DNA of 64,000 bases from Proteobacteria bacterium UBA981 (GTDB lineage: Bacteria; Pseudomonadota; Gammaproteobacteria; Ga0077536), in contig DBBP01000026.1 in NCBI GenBank assembly GCA_002292285.1, positions 30,209-94,208 on the forward strand, read 5' to 3'. Shown in pieces: positions 25,621-34,117 of this stretch (within the stretch, counting starts at the first letter, position 1; every line of letters begins with the position of its first letter). A program made the position numbers and the translations under genes. The notes beneath the pieces were generated by a model. That model saw only the letters and a list, made by a program, of their open reading frames with translations, was not told where the DNA came from and ran no database searches.

Positions 25621-27666
25621 ATGCAACTGAATCGGCTGGCGATTGAACAAAAAAAGCGACGTGAGGACCGGAGCGAACTAGGGCCAAGCGGGCTCTTGAG
25701 CCTCACAATCAAGCAGAGATGCTGGAAATATCGTATCGGGCTGCGAGTTTGTTCCGTAATAGAATTAATCCGTGATCAACGATTATTTCATTTGTCCAGG
25801 CGGAACTACCGAGTGCAAATAAACAGGGACATTCACGGCGTCGTATGTTGGTCGCTCGTAGTGCTGACGTTACTACTGGTACCGATATTCGCGCTGACTA
25901 CGGGGCCGGATTCCGTATTTTACCTGGAGAAGGGGCTCGACCTATATTTGGGGCGAGGATACGACCATCCGACACGGGGCCCGATTTTCGCGAGCATACT
26001 CGCGACCGCTTTCTCGGTACTGGGGCCCTCCGCGATTGTCGCCACAATCGTTGTTCGCACGTTTTTTCTTCTCAATGTATTAATGGTGTGGCTTTTAGCC
26101 AGACAGTTGTTCGGGGCTGCGGCCGCGAACTGCAGCGTGCTGTTGCTATTGAGTGCCGCGTTCGTGCATGAGTCGACCGGGACGATCGGGCTTGATGCGG
26201 TCTATCCCTTGTTCGTTCTAATCGGGATTTACTTTTCCGTCGTGAGCTTCGAACACGAACGTATCTGGCCAGCTATCGCTGCCGGAGCGAGCTTCGGAAT
26301 CGCGGTCCTTACAAAGGAACTCGCCTTACTCCACGTTGTCTTCCCGTTTGCTTATCTAGTGTTCGACGCGACCCTCAGAAACTCACGGAGGGCCTGGGGC
26401 AATGCTGCGGTCCAATATCTGGTCTGTGCTTTGGCGGTCACACCTTGGCTAATATTTCTCGCGCTGGGCGACGACGGCGTGGCCACCATGGTGGGGAAGG
26501 GCGGCCCCAAGAATCTGCATAAGCTTGCCAGCCTTGACGGGAATTCGTTGATCGATTCAATCAATTTTTATCTCAGCGGCATGCCGCAGTTTTTCCAGCG
26601 CTACGTAGCGCGCGAGTCCGCCATTTGGCCACTGTGGGCGGTTGCATGGGTCTATATGGGCTTCCTCGCTGTGCGCGAGCGCTCGGCGCGCGCTTTGGTC
26701 GTGGCGATTGCTTTGTTCATACCGGTTATGGTCGCCGAAGGGCACGTCTCCATCCGCATAGGACAGAACCACATAGCGTACTGTGTGTCGGTTATCGCAA
26801 GTGGGGCGTTATTGGGCAGAATAATTGACTACGGGTCGGCTCGTGTCTGGCCCAGGTTCGCGCAGGTGTGCCTGTATGTCATGGTCGTGGCGATCTCTAT
26901 CTATCAATTGACTACTGGTCGCGACAACGCACTGAATCGCATTAAGGGCAATTCGACTAGCGCGTTTTTGCTGACTCAAGGGACACTACCGGCCTGGCAA
27001 GTAAAAGGTACCCTCAACGATGATTCGCGGCGCGCCGCAGAATGGGTTTCCGCCAATCTGCCTGAAGGCGAACCGATAGTTGCCGATTATTTGTTGTTCC
27101 GTTCGATGTACGTGCAGTCAGGAGGTCGTTACCCGATCTACAAGTTCCCGTATGACAACCTCGACGTACAGTTGTCGTCGCAGCCGTCAGCGGCGTTTAA
27201 GGATGGCGACAACGAAGGACCGTTATTGTTTCTTTGGAGCCATGTCCGCAGGGATCGATTTTGCAATTGGCAAAGTTCACCATGCATCCTTTTTCACACG
27301 TTTTACGAAGGAACGTTTGCGAAATTTATGGCTGAGCGCGGCGCCCGCTACGTGGTTCTGGGTGCACGCACCTGGTTTCTCAGAGAGTACTTCGACGCTC
27401 ACCCCGCAGCGACACTGAAGCAAGTCATATCGGAGCGGATTCGCATTTACTCCGTTGATGTCGATCAGTCGGTTGGGGAATTCCCGCTGCGCGTAGGCGA
27501 GGAGGTACCGCGGTTGCTTAACAAGGTGGTCTCAGAAGTTCCTGCCGCCGTGCCTTGGTTCGACGAGACAGTACTGCATCAGACACTTCATCTTGAATTG
27601 ATCATTGCTGATCTTGTCAACGGTCCATCGCGCATCGCGCTTTTTCCTAAAGTACCGCCGCTCTAG
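25621..27666 (+). CDS. GT-C fold membrane glycosyltransferase (ArnT/PMT-like), second tandem copy
   Basis: 681 aa with the same architecture as the preceding gene (LGRGYDHPTRGPIFASILA..., multiple TM helices, large C-terminal soluble domain). The first 64 codons look non-coding; an in-frame GTG at 25813 preceded by AGGCGGA is a likely start. Confidence 0.6.
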   Translation: MQLNRLAIEQKKRREDRSELGPSGLLSLTIKQRCWKYRIGLRVCSVIELIRDQRLFHLSRRNYRVQINRDIHGVVCWSLVVLTLLLVPIFALTTGPDSVFYLEKGLDLYLGRGYDHPTRGPIFASILATAFSVLGPSAIVATIVVRTFFLLNVLMVWLLARQLFGAAAANCSVLLLLSAAFVHESTGTIGLDAVYPLFVLIGIYFSVVSFEHERIWPAIAAGASFGIAVLTKELALLHVVFPFAYLVFDATLRNSRRAWGNAAVQYLVCALAVTPWLIFLALGDDGVATMVGKGGPKNLHKLASLDGNSLIDSINFYLSGMPQFFQRYVARESAIWPLWAVAWVYMGFLAVRERSARALVVAIALFIPVMVAEGHVSIRIGQNHIAYCVSVIASGALLGRIIDYGSARVWPRFAQVCLYVMVVAISIYQLTTGRDNALNRIKGNSTSAFLLTQGTLPAWQVKGTLNDDSRRAAEWVSANLPEGEPIVADYLLFRSMYVQSGGRYPIYKFPYDNLDVQLSSQPSAAFKDGDNEGPLLFLWSHVRRDRFCNWQSSPCILFHTFYEGTFAKFMAERGARYVVLGARTWFLREYFDAHPAATLKQVISERIRIYSVDVDQSVGEFPLRVGEEVPRLLNKVVSEVPAAVPWFDETVLHQTLHLELIIADLVNGPSRIALFPKVPPL

Positions 27667-27673
27667 GTCATGG

Positions 27674-28675
27674 TCAGGGTCCGCGTACCCCCTCAGGCGC
27701 CTGCAGATTAAGCTTCAACTCGCTCGCATAATCCGACATAGGTTGGAATTCGAAGTCGTGCAGCAGGCGACAAAGTTTTGTATGCGCCGATTTTAACCCC
27801 GAGTAGTGGGACAGACGTTCTCGCGCAGTAGTGCATGACGGGCGCGGGTGATCAGGATCAAATTCCCAAGGATGAAAATAGAACACGACCGGCTCTCCGG
27901 CCCTGTTTTTAGAAGCTGTAATGCGTTTAACGAGAGAATAGGCGAGATTACGAAACCACACGCCGCCCGAAAACGGCAAGCGCTTCGCCCCTAGCGCAAC
28001 CGTTGTTATTGGTATTTCCACGAGAGAACCGCTGCCCGCGCCAACCACCGACGGGTAGGGGTTTGCTCCGGGCATGCCGTACAACGGGGTACGCACTGGA
28101 AAGACACTCGAATCATAGGATAGGCCACGATCTTGCAGCGCTTGCCAGAACCATGTTGTGTCGTCGCTAACCGAGGTATAGGCCGCCCGATAACCTTGAA
28201 TCGGCGTATCGACCACCGCCCGAACCGCTTCGTAATTTCGCTCTAAATCTTCGCGAAACTCGATTTCCGACATTTTGTCGACCCGCTGATGTCGGTTCCC
28301 ATGAAGGCCGATCTCATGACCGTGGCGGGCAATCTCTCGAAGTACATCCGGGGTTAATCTGGCGATCTCCCCAACGACAAAAAAGGTCGCTTTGATGCCG
28401 TACTGTTGAAATGTTTCGAGCAGGGTGCTGGTTTGGCGTTCTATGCGACTTTCGAATGTCGGCCAACGAGCGTATTGCACCGAGGTGCTCGTCAGCCCCT
28501 GGTACCACTCCTCGAAATCAACGCTGATGCAGTTGCTGATCATGCATCGAAGTATCTCATTTTTAGCACAAAGGCGTTCGGTGAGAATTCGCCCGTTCTT
28601 GTTTGGATGACGGAAATTCACAACAATCTGTCCGGCAGCCGGGGTCACGCTTGGCGTGCCATCGGGCCGCGACAA
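27674..28675 (-). CDS. Polysaccharide deacetylase (NodB-homology/CE4 family)
   Basis: Motifs ISVDFEEWYQ, ...EIARHGHEIGLHGNRHQRVDKMS..., LVEIPITT. 333 aa. An internal Met at about 28546 is an alternative start. Confidence 0.75.
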   Translation of the reverse strand: MSRPDGTPSVTPAAGQIVVNFRHPNKNGRILTERLCAKNEILRCMISNCISVDFEEWYQGLTSTSVQYARWPTFESRIERQTSTLLETFQQYGIKATFFVVGEIARLTPDVLREIARHGHEIGLHGNRHQRVDKMSEIEFREDLERNYEAVRAVVDTPIQGYRAAYTSVSDDTTWFWQALQDRGLSYDSSVFPVRTPLYGMPGANPYPSVVGAGSGSLVEIPITTVALGAKRLPFSGGVWFRNLAYSLVKRITASKNRAGEPVVFYFHPWEFDPDHPRPSCTTARERLSHYSGLKSAHTKLCRLLHDFEFQPMSDYASELKLNLQAPEGVRGP

Positions 28676-29025
28676 CGACGCTGGTTTAGCTCGAATTCTG
28701 TAGCTTTGGGGGGCAACGACGTTACACCGCTCAAGCGCCCCGCGTTGGAGTTGGTGTACGCAAGTCGGTATGATCGAGCGGGCCGTACGAGACGATTAAT
28801 TCGGGCCTTGCGGAGAAGTTCGGCCATCCGGATGACGCATTGCGGACCGCACGACCTCATGCCGACGGCGGGCCGCCAATTGCCCGCGCATTCGTGGGCC
28901 GGCGTTCTCCACAAGCGGTGTTCCATGATGACTTGCAAGCTAGACATTCAGAGGTAGAAACGGAGTTCCCTCGATGCGACTGAGTTCCCGTTTCCGTTTC
29001 GACAGGAGCCGCCAACCACGGTCCG

Positions 29026-30126
29026 GTGGCGAACCACTCACCATGGCGTCAGCGTGGCTGCACAACTCATATGTTTTTTGATTTCTCAAATTTGCGCGCT
29101 TTCGGCTTTGGTGTCGGGGTGTTGCTATTTATCGGCATATTCATCGAGCTGAGGCGGCATCGAACCCGGCGGGTAAGTCCAGCCCCGGTTATTGTTTTCT
29201 CGCTCGTTCTAATGGCCGTTGCCCTTAATCCAGGGTTTGTCGATGCCCCCGCCAGATTTTTGGGATTTGAGGGAATTCCGCGCGGACGGCTACTCGCTTT
29301 GTTGCTGGTATCGGCGTTGCTCGTGTGGCCGGTGGCGATGCGTAACCGGAGTAAGATCAGCCAACTCCACACAGACCTGCTGGCGACTATCCGGCAGTTC
29401 GCCCTCCTCAATTTTCGCTCTACCTATGGTCAGTCGATCGATGCCGGCGCGATTTGGGTCGTCATACCTGTATTTAACGAAGTACAAAATATTCCTTCTG
29501 TGGTGCGGGAATTACCGGCGGTCGTAGGCGATGCGCCGGTGATTGTGCTCATCGTCGATGACGGCAGCTCAGATCAGTCGAGCGCCGTCGCTACGCAGGA
29601 GGGTGCCCGGGTCGCGCGATTACCACTGAATTGCGGCGGCGGTGTTGCGCTGCATGTTGGCTTTGAACTGGCCGTAAGTTTCGACGCCAGGCTTGTCGTT
29701 ACCATGGACGGAGACGGCCAGCATGATCCGCATCAGGTTAAGGACCTCGTCGAACCGATATTATCCGGCGAGGCAGACTTCGTTATCGGCTCGCGCATAC
29801 TCGGAGTGAACAATTCGCCCAATCGAACGAGAGCGGTGGGCATCCGCGTGTTTAGCCGGCTGATAAACCTCTTGACCGGCACGAGAATTACCGATTGTTC
29901 AAGCGGATTTCGCGCGATTTCTCTTGATGTTTTGACGGCAGTCAAGCTGATCGAGCCGCAGTACCACACGCCAGAACTCATAATCGCCACGGTTAAGCGC
30001 AACATGAATCTGGTCAAAGTGCCGATTCAAATTCGCCCGCGATTGTCCGGCGAAAGCAAGAAAGGCGCGAATCTCAAATATGGTTTCATGTTCGCACGCT
30101 CAATCGTCCGTGCCTGGCTTCGCTGA
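29026..30126 (+). CDS. GT2-family polyprenyl-phosphate sugar synthase (DPM1/GtrB/ArnC-like) with about 130-aa N-terminal two-TM extension
   Basis: Catalytic domain from about residue 145: IPVFNEVQNI...VIVLIVDDGSSDQS...TMDGDGQHDP (DxD/DAD-type motifs). Two hydrophobic helices precede it. Confidence 0.8.
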   Translation: MANHSPWRQRGCTTHMFFDFSNLRAFGFGVGVLLFIGIFIELRRHRTRRVSPAPVIVFSLVLMAVALNPGFVDAPARFLGFEGIPRGRLLALLLVSALLVWPVAMRNRSKISQLHTDLLATIRQFALLNFRSTYGQSIDAGAIWVVIPVFNEVQNIPSVVRELPAVVGDAPVIVLIVDDGSSDQSSAVATQEGARVARLPLNCGGGVALHVGFELAVSFDARLVVTMDGDGQHDPHQVKDLVEPILSGEADFVIGSRILGVNNSPNRTRAVGIRVFSRLINLLTGTRITDCSSGFRAISLDVLTAVKLIEPQYHTPELIIATVKRNMNLVKVPIQIRPRLSGESKKGANLKYGFMFARSIVRAWLR

Positions 30127-30590
30127 CCGGTGAGCTGCCGGCTTGTTCATTGGGATGCGTGGCAGCGTCGGAGCATCAGCGCGCGGATCGTACCCGATGG
30201 AGCCTTCTCAGCGACCGCGTACCGATCACCCCCTTGAACATTGAAATCGGCAGTCACTGACGAGAAAACTGAGCGGGTATTGGTGTCTTTGGCCGCCCCC
30301 CACATGGTATTATCCCAGTCGCGCGACGAATCCTTACCCTCTGGACGCGGCCGTATTAGCGCATCAGCCAAATTCTTTGTCGGGCGGTGCCCGGTTAGGG
30401 CGTTCACCGTCGTGATACGTGCGTTATTCGTAGTACCGGGGCGCCCGATTCTTGCGCGTTACAACCACCGCTAAGCGTCTTAATGCCGCGCAGCAAGCGT
30501 GCGGCGTTCAACCTGATCGAAATCGACTGCCGCAGATGCAACATCGAAAGCTCAATTCAACCGCCAGCAGCCGGGGTCACATACCAAACC

Positions 30591-31676
30591 ATGAGTGGAG
30601 AACCAATGCTCAGTAATTATTTTGCTGGTGCAAGAATCGCCGTGACTGGCGCTGCGGGGACCGTCGGGTCTGAACTGGTCCGCCAGTTGCTTGACCTACC
30701 CGTTGCTGAAGTGCGTGCTTTGGATAATAACGAAAATGGATTGTTCTTTTTAGAGCAAAACTATCGTAGCGAACCCAGATTGCATGCTTTCCTGTGCGAT
30801 GTCCGAGAGCGCGACAAGCTCGATCGGATGCTGCCGGGTATGGACTATCTTTTTCATGTCGCCGCACTCAAACACGTGCCTTTGTGCGAGCGCAGTCCAA
30901 CCGAAGCCGTGCGTACAAATATCCTGGGTGTCGAGAACGTCATCCGCGCGTCAATTAACGCCGGGGTTCGCAAGGTGTTGTTTACAAGCTCGGACAAAGC
31001 GGTCAATCCGACCAATGTGATGGGCACATCGAAATTAATGGGGGAACGGCTCATTACAGCGGCCAACGCCTTGACCCAGACTGAGCACGGACCAATTTTC
31101 TCAGCGACTCGTTTTGGCAATGTTGCCGGTTCAGCCGGTTCAGTGGTCCCGTTGTTCTGCCATCAAATTGCCACCAACAAGAACGTCACGCTGACGCATC
31201 GCGAGATGACGCGCTTTCTGATGACGCTCCACGAGGCAGTGCGCCTGGTGTTGCTGTCGATGACGCTCGCCAAAGGCGGTGAGGTATTTGTGACCAAAAT
31301 GCCTGTCGCCCGCATCGAAGATATCGCGCAGGTGTTAGTCGATACCGTGGGCCCTGCCTGCGGGCGCGAACCGGATTCGATCACGATCGAGGAGGTTGGG
31401 CCGCGTCCCGGTGAAAAGATGTACGAAGAGCTGGTGAGTGACGAGGAAGTCCGGCGTACTTTCGAAATTGGCGATCTCTTTACGGTCTTGCCGGCATTCC
31501 ACAACATCTATAACAACATCAGTTTCGAATATCCCGGGTATGAGAAAAAGCCGATCGACCGGGTTTATAACTCCGAGGCTGAAACAGCCATGAGCGTTGA
31601 CGATTTGCGTGAATTTATGACCCTGCCTGGCGTGTTACCCGACGATGTCCGGGCGAAGCTGCGCCTGATTGATTAG
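30591..31676 (+). CDS. Short-chain CapD/PseB/FnlA-like UDP-HexNAc 4,6-dehydratase (Polysacc_synt_2 family)
   Basis: ARIAVTGAAGTVGSEL (Rossmann), ...YLFHVAALKHVPLCERSP... (YxxxK-region equivalent), SSDKAVNPTNVMGTSKLMGERL. The maximal ORF is from 30483; the Met at 30591 gives about 361 aa. Confidence 0.75.
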   Translation: MSGEPMLSNYFAGARIAVTGAAGTVGSELVRQLLDLPVAEVRALDNNENGLFFLEQNYRSEPRLHAFLCDVRERDKLDRMLPGMDYLFHVAALKHVPLCERSPTEAVRTNILGVENVIRASINAGVRKVLFTSSDKAVNPTNVMGTSKLMGERLITAANALTQTEHGPIFSATRFGNVAGSAGSVVPLFCHQIATNKNVTLTHREMTRFLMTLHEAVRLVLLSMTLAKGGEVFVTKMPVARIEDIAQVLVDTVGPACGREPDSITIEEVGPRPGEKMYEELVSDEEVRRTFEIGDLFTVLPAFHNIYNNISFEYPGYEKKPIDRVYNSEAETAMSVDDLREFMTLPGVLPDDVRAKLRLID

Positions 31677-31688
31677 GAACCACAAGGG

Positions 31689-32837
31689 ATGAAAATACTG
31701 ATACTGGGCGGTGACGGCTATCTCGGTTGGCCGACCGCAATGCACTTGAGCGCCCACGGGCACGACGTCGCTGTTGTCGACAATTATCTGCGGCGCCGAA
31801 TGAGTCTTGAGCAGGACGTTGGGCCGCTTTTCCCGGTTCCCAATCTGCATGAGCGTGCCAAGCTGTGGCGAGAAAAAAGTGGCAACGATGTTCGCGTGTT
31901 TGTGGGTGACATGAACGACTGGGATTTCGTTGCGTCGACGTTCACCGAATTCACGCCGGAAGTGATCGTGCATTACGCAGAGCAACCCTCGGCACCGTAT
32001 TCGATGCTCAATCGCGAGACAGCTACCTTAACCCTGCATAACAATCTCGGCGTGACCGCAAATACAATCTTTGCCGTTCGGGAGTTTGCGCCAGACGCCC
32101 ACATCGTCAAGCTCGGCACGATGGGTGAATACGGCACGCCGAACATCGATATCGAGGAGGGCTGGATCGATCTTGAGCACAAAGGCCGTAAAGACCGTTT
32201 CCTGTTCCCGCGCCAGGCCGGCAGCCTGTACCACACCACCAAAATCCAGGATACCGACTTGCTGTGGTTCTATGTGCGCGTCTGGGGACTGCGCGTGACT
32301 GACCTCATGCAAGGACCAGTTTACGGGCTTAGAACTTACGAAAACGACGGCGAGGAAGCGTTGCTGCCGTTTTTTAACTACGACGAAATTTTCGGCACCG
32401 TTGTTAATCGCTTCATTGTACAAGCGGTCGCCGGTTATCCGCTGACGGTTTACGGCAAGGGCGGACAGACGCGCGGTTATCTGAACATCAAGGACACGCT
32501 CAATTGTATTCGCCTGTCGATTGAGAACCCGGCCGATCGCGGTGAGCTGCGCGTGTTTAACCAATTCACCGAAACGTTTTCAGTGAATGAGTTAGCCGAG
32601 CGTGTGCAACAGTGTGGCTCGCGCAACGGCATCGAGGTCAAAATAGAAGCGCTCGAGAATCCGCGTAAGGAGCTTGAAGAGCACTATTACAACCCGGCCC
32701 ACACAGGCCTGCTTGAGCTGGGTCTTGAACCCCATTTCCTCACTGATGACGTGCTGGACGATATGCTGCAAACGGTGCTTCGATATAAAGGCGCCATTCG
32801 GAACGATGTTATTTTTCGTGGCGTCAAGTGGAACTGA
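31689..32837 (+). CDS. sqdB: UDP-sulfoquinovose synthase (SQD1/SqdB/Agl3 family)
   Basis: 382 aa, collinear with the recalled SQD1 sequence throughout: MKILILGGDGYLGW, EQPSAPYSM, HNN..GT.N..FA, KLGTMGEYGTPNIDIEEG, LYHTTK, TVYGKGGQTRGYL, RVFNQFTETFSVNELA, EEHYYN.AHT.L.ELGLEPH. Confidence 0.9.
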   Translation: MKILILGGDGYLGWPTAMHLSAHGHDVAVVDNYLRRRMSLEQDVGPLFPVPNLHERAKLWREKSGNDVRVFVGDMNDWDFVASTFTEFTPEVIVHYAEQPSAPYSMLNRETATLTLHNNLGVTANTIFAVREFAPDAHIVKLGTMGEYGTPNIDIEEGWIDLEHKGRKDRFLFPRQAGSLYHTTKIQDTDLLWFYVRVWGLRVTDLMQGPVYGLRTYENDGEEALLPFFNYDEIFGTVVNRFIVQAVAGYPLTVYGKGGQTRGYLNIKDTLNCIRLSIENPADRGELRVFNQFTETFSVNELAERVQQCGSRNGIEVKIEALENPRKELEEHYYNPAHTGLLELGLEPHFLTDDVLDDMLQTVLRYKGAIRNDVIFRGVKWN

Positions 32838-32920
32838 GCGCAGGCGCGATTCGACACCGGCGTGCTCGTCTTGCTCAGGCCGAGGAATGAAATCCAGCGG
32901 ACACGGGTAATGGACGCGGC

Positions 32921-34057
32921 ATGATCCGCGTCGCGCACATTATTACCGGGCTGGATGGCGGCGGCGCGGAGTTTATGCTGGCGCGTTTAGTGTCGGCGAT
33001 GCCGGCTACTGAATTCGAACACCATGTCATTTCATTGACTGGCGACGGCATCGTCGGGGCACTGCTGCGACAACATGGCGTTCCGGTACACCTGCTCGAA
33101 ATCCGAAAGAATATTGCTGCGCTTGGTTCGAACGCTCGTCTGCGCACCTGTCTACGCGATATCTCACCGTCGATTGTACAAACCTGGTTGTGCCACGCGG
33201 ATCTAATGGGCGGACTGGCGGCGCGCTTCAGCGCGCGCCTACCGGTAGTCTGGGGTGTCCATCAGTCTGATAACGGTGCGCAGTCATCCTGGTCGACCCG
33301 ACTCGTACTCGCAGCCTGTGCGCGTTTGTCATCACATATTCCTCAGCGCGTTATCTTCTGTTCGGAGAGTGCCCGGCAGTCGCGGGTTGTGGCTGGCTTT
33401 CCACCAGAGCGCTGCGAAGTCATCGCGAACGGCGTCGAAGCGACGGAATTTACCCGCAACGAACAAGAGGGTAGGGCCATTCGGGACCAATTAGGTATTC
33501 CCCGCGACGCGCTGGTAATCGCCTATCCGGCCAGATGGCATGTCGATAAAGACCCGCGAAATTTCTTTTCAGCAGCGGCGCTGATTCTCGCCGAACGGCC
33601 CGATGTTCAATTTTTGCTCTTTGGCACTGGGCTTGATGCCAGCAACATCGCTTTGATGGATGCGTTGCGCGAGGTTGAGAATCAAGAAGCCTTTCATTTG
33701 CTGGGCTTCAGAACGGATGTCGTGGCGCTCATGTCGGCATCCGACATGGGCTTGTTGTCATCACGAACCGAGGCGCTGCCGAACGTCATCATGGAAGGTA
33801 TGTCGTGCGGCCTGCCGTTCGTCGCCACCGACGTGGGGGATGTTGCGACACTGATCGGCGACGCCGGAACGGTCGTGCCAGCTCGCGATCCGCAGTCGCT
33901 CGCCACAGCTGTGCTCGCAATAGCGACAAGTGACGCACGCCAACTCGGACAACTTTCCGCTCAGGCGCGCAGGCGCATCGGGGAACATTATTCGCTGGCC
34001 CGAAGTGCCGACCGTTATGCCCACGTGTACCGTGAAGTACTCGGCGAAGTCGCGTGA
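32921..34057 (+). CDS. Glycosyltransferase family 1 (GT4-type)
   Basis: 378 aa. N-domain HIITGLDGGGAE; C-domain ...LLGFRTDVVALMSASDMGLLSSRTEALPNVIMEGMSCGLPFVATDVGD.... Confidence 0.8.
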   Translation: MIRVAHIITGLDGGGAEFMLARLVSAMPATEFEHHVISLTGDGIVGALLRQHGVPVHLLEIRKNIAALGSNARLRTCLRDISPSIVQTWLCHADLMGGLAARFSARLPVVWGVHQSDNGAQSSWSTRLVLAACARLSSHIPQRVIFCSESARQSRVVAGFPPERCEVIANGVEATEFTRNEQEGRAIRDQLGIPRDALVIAYPARWHVDKDPRNFFSAAALILAERPDVQFLLFGTGLDASNIALMDALREVENQEAFHLLGFRTDVVALMSASDMGLLSSRTEALPNVIMEGMSCGLPFVATDVGDVATLIGDAGTVVPARDPQSLATAVLAIATSDARQLGQLSAQARRRIGEHYSLARSADRYAHVYREVLGEVA

Positions 34058-34117
34058 GCATGATGATTTTGGTGCTGTTCGCAGCGCTCGAACGCCGCAA
34101 CCCACGGGCCTGATCTG

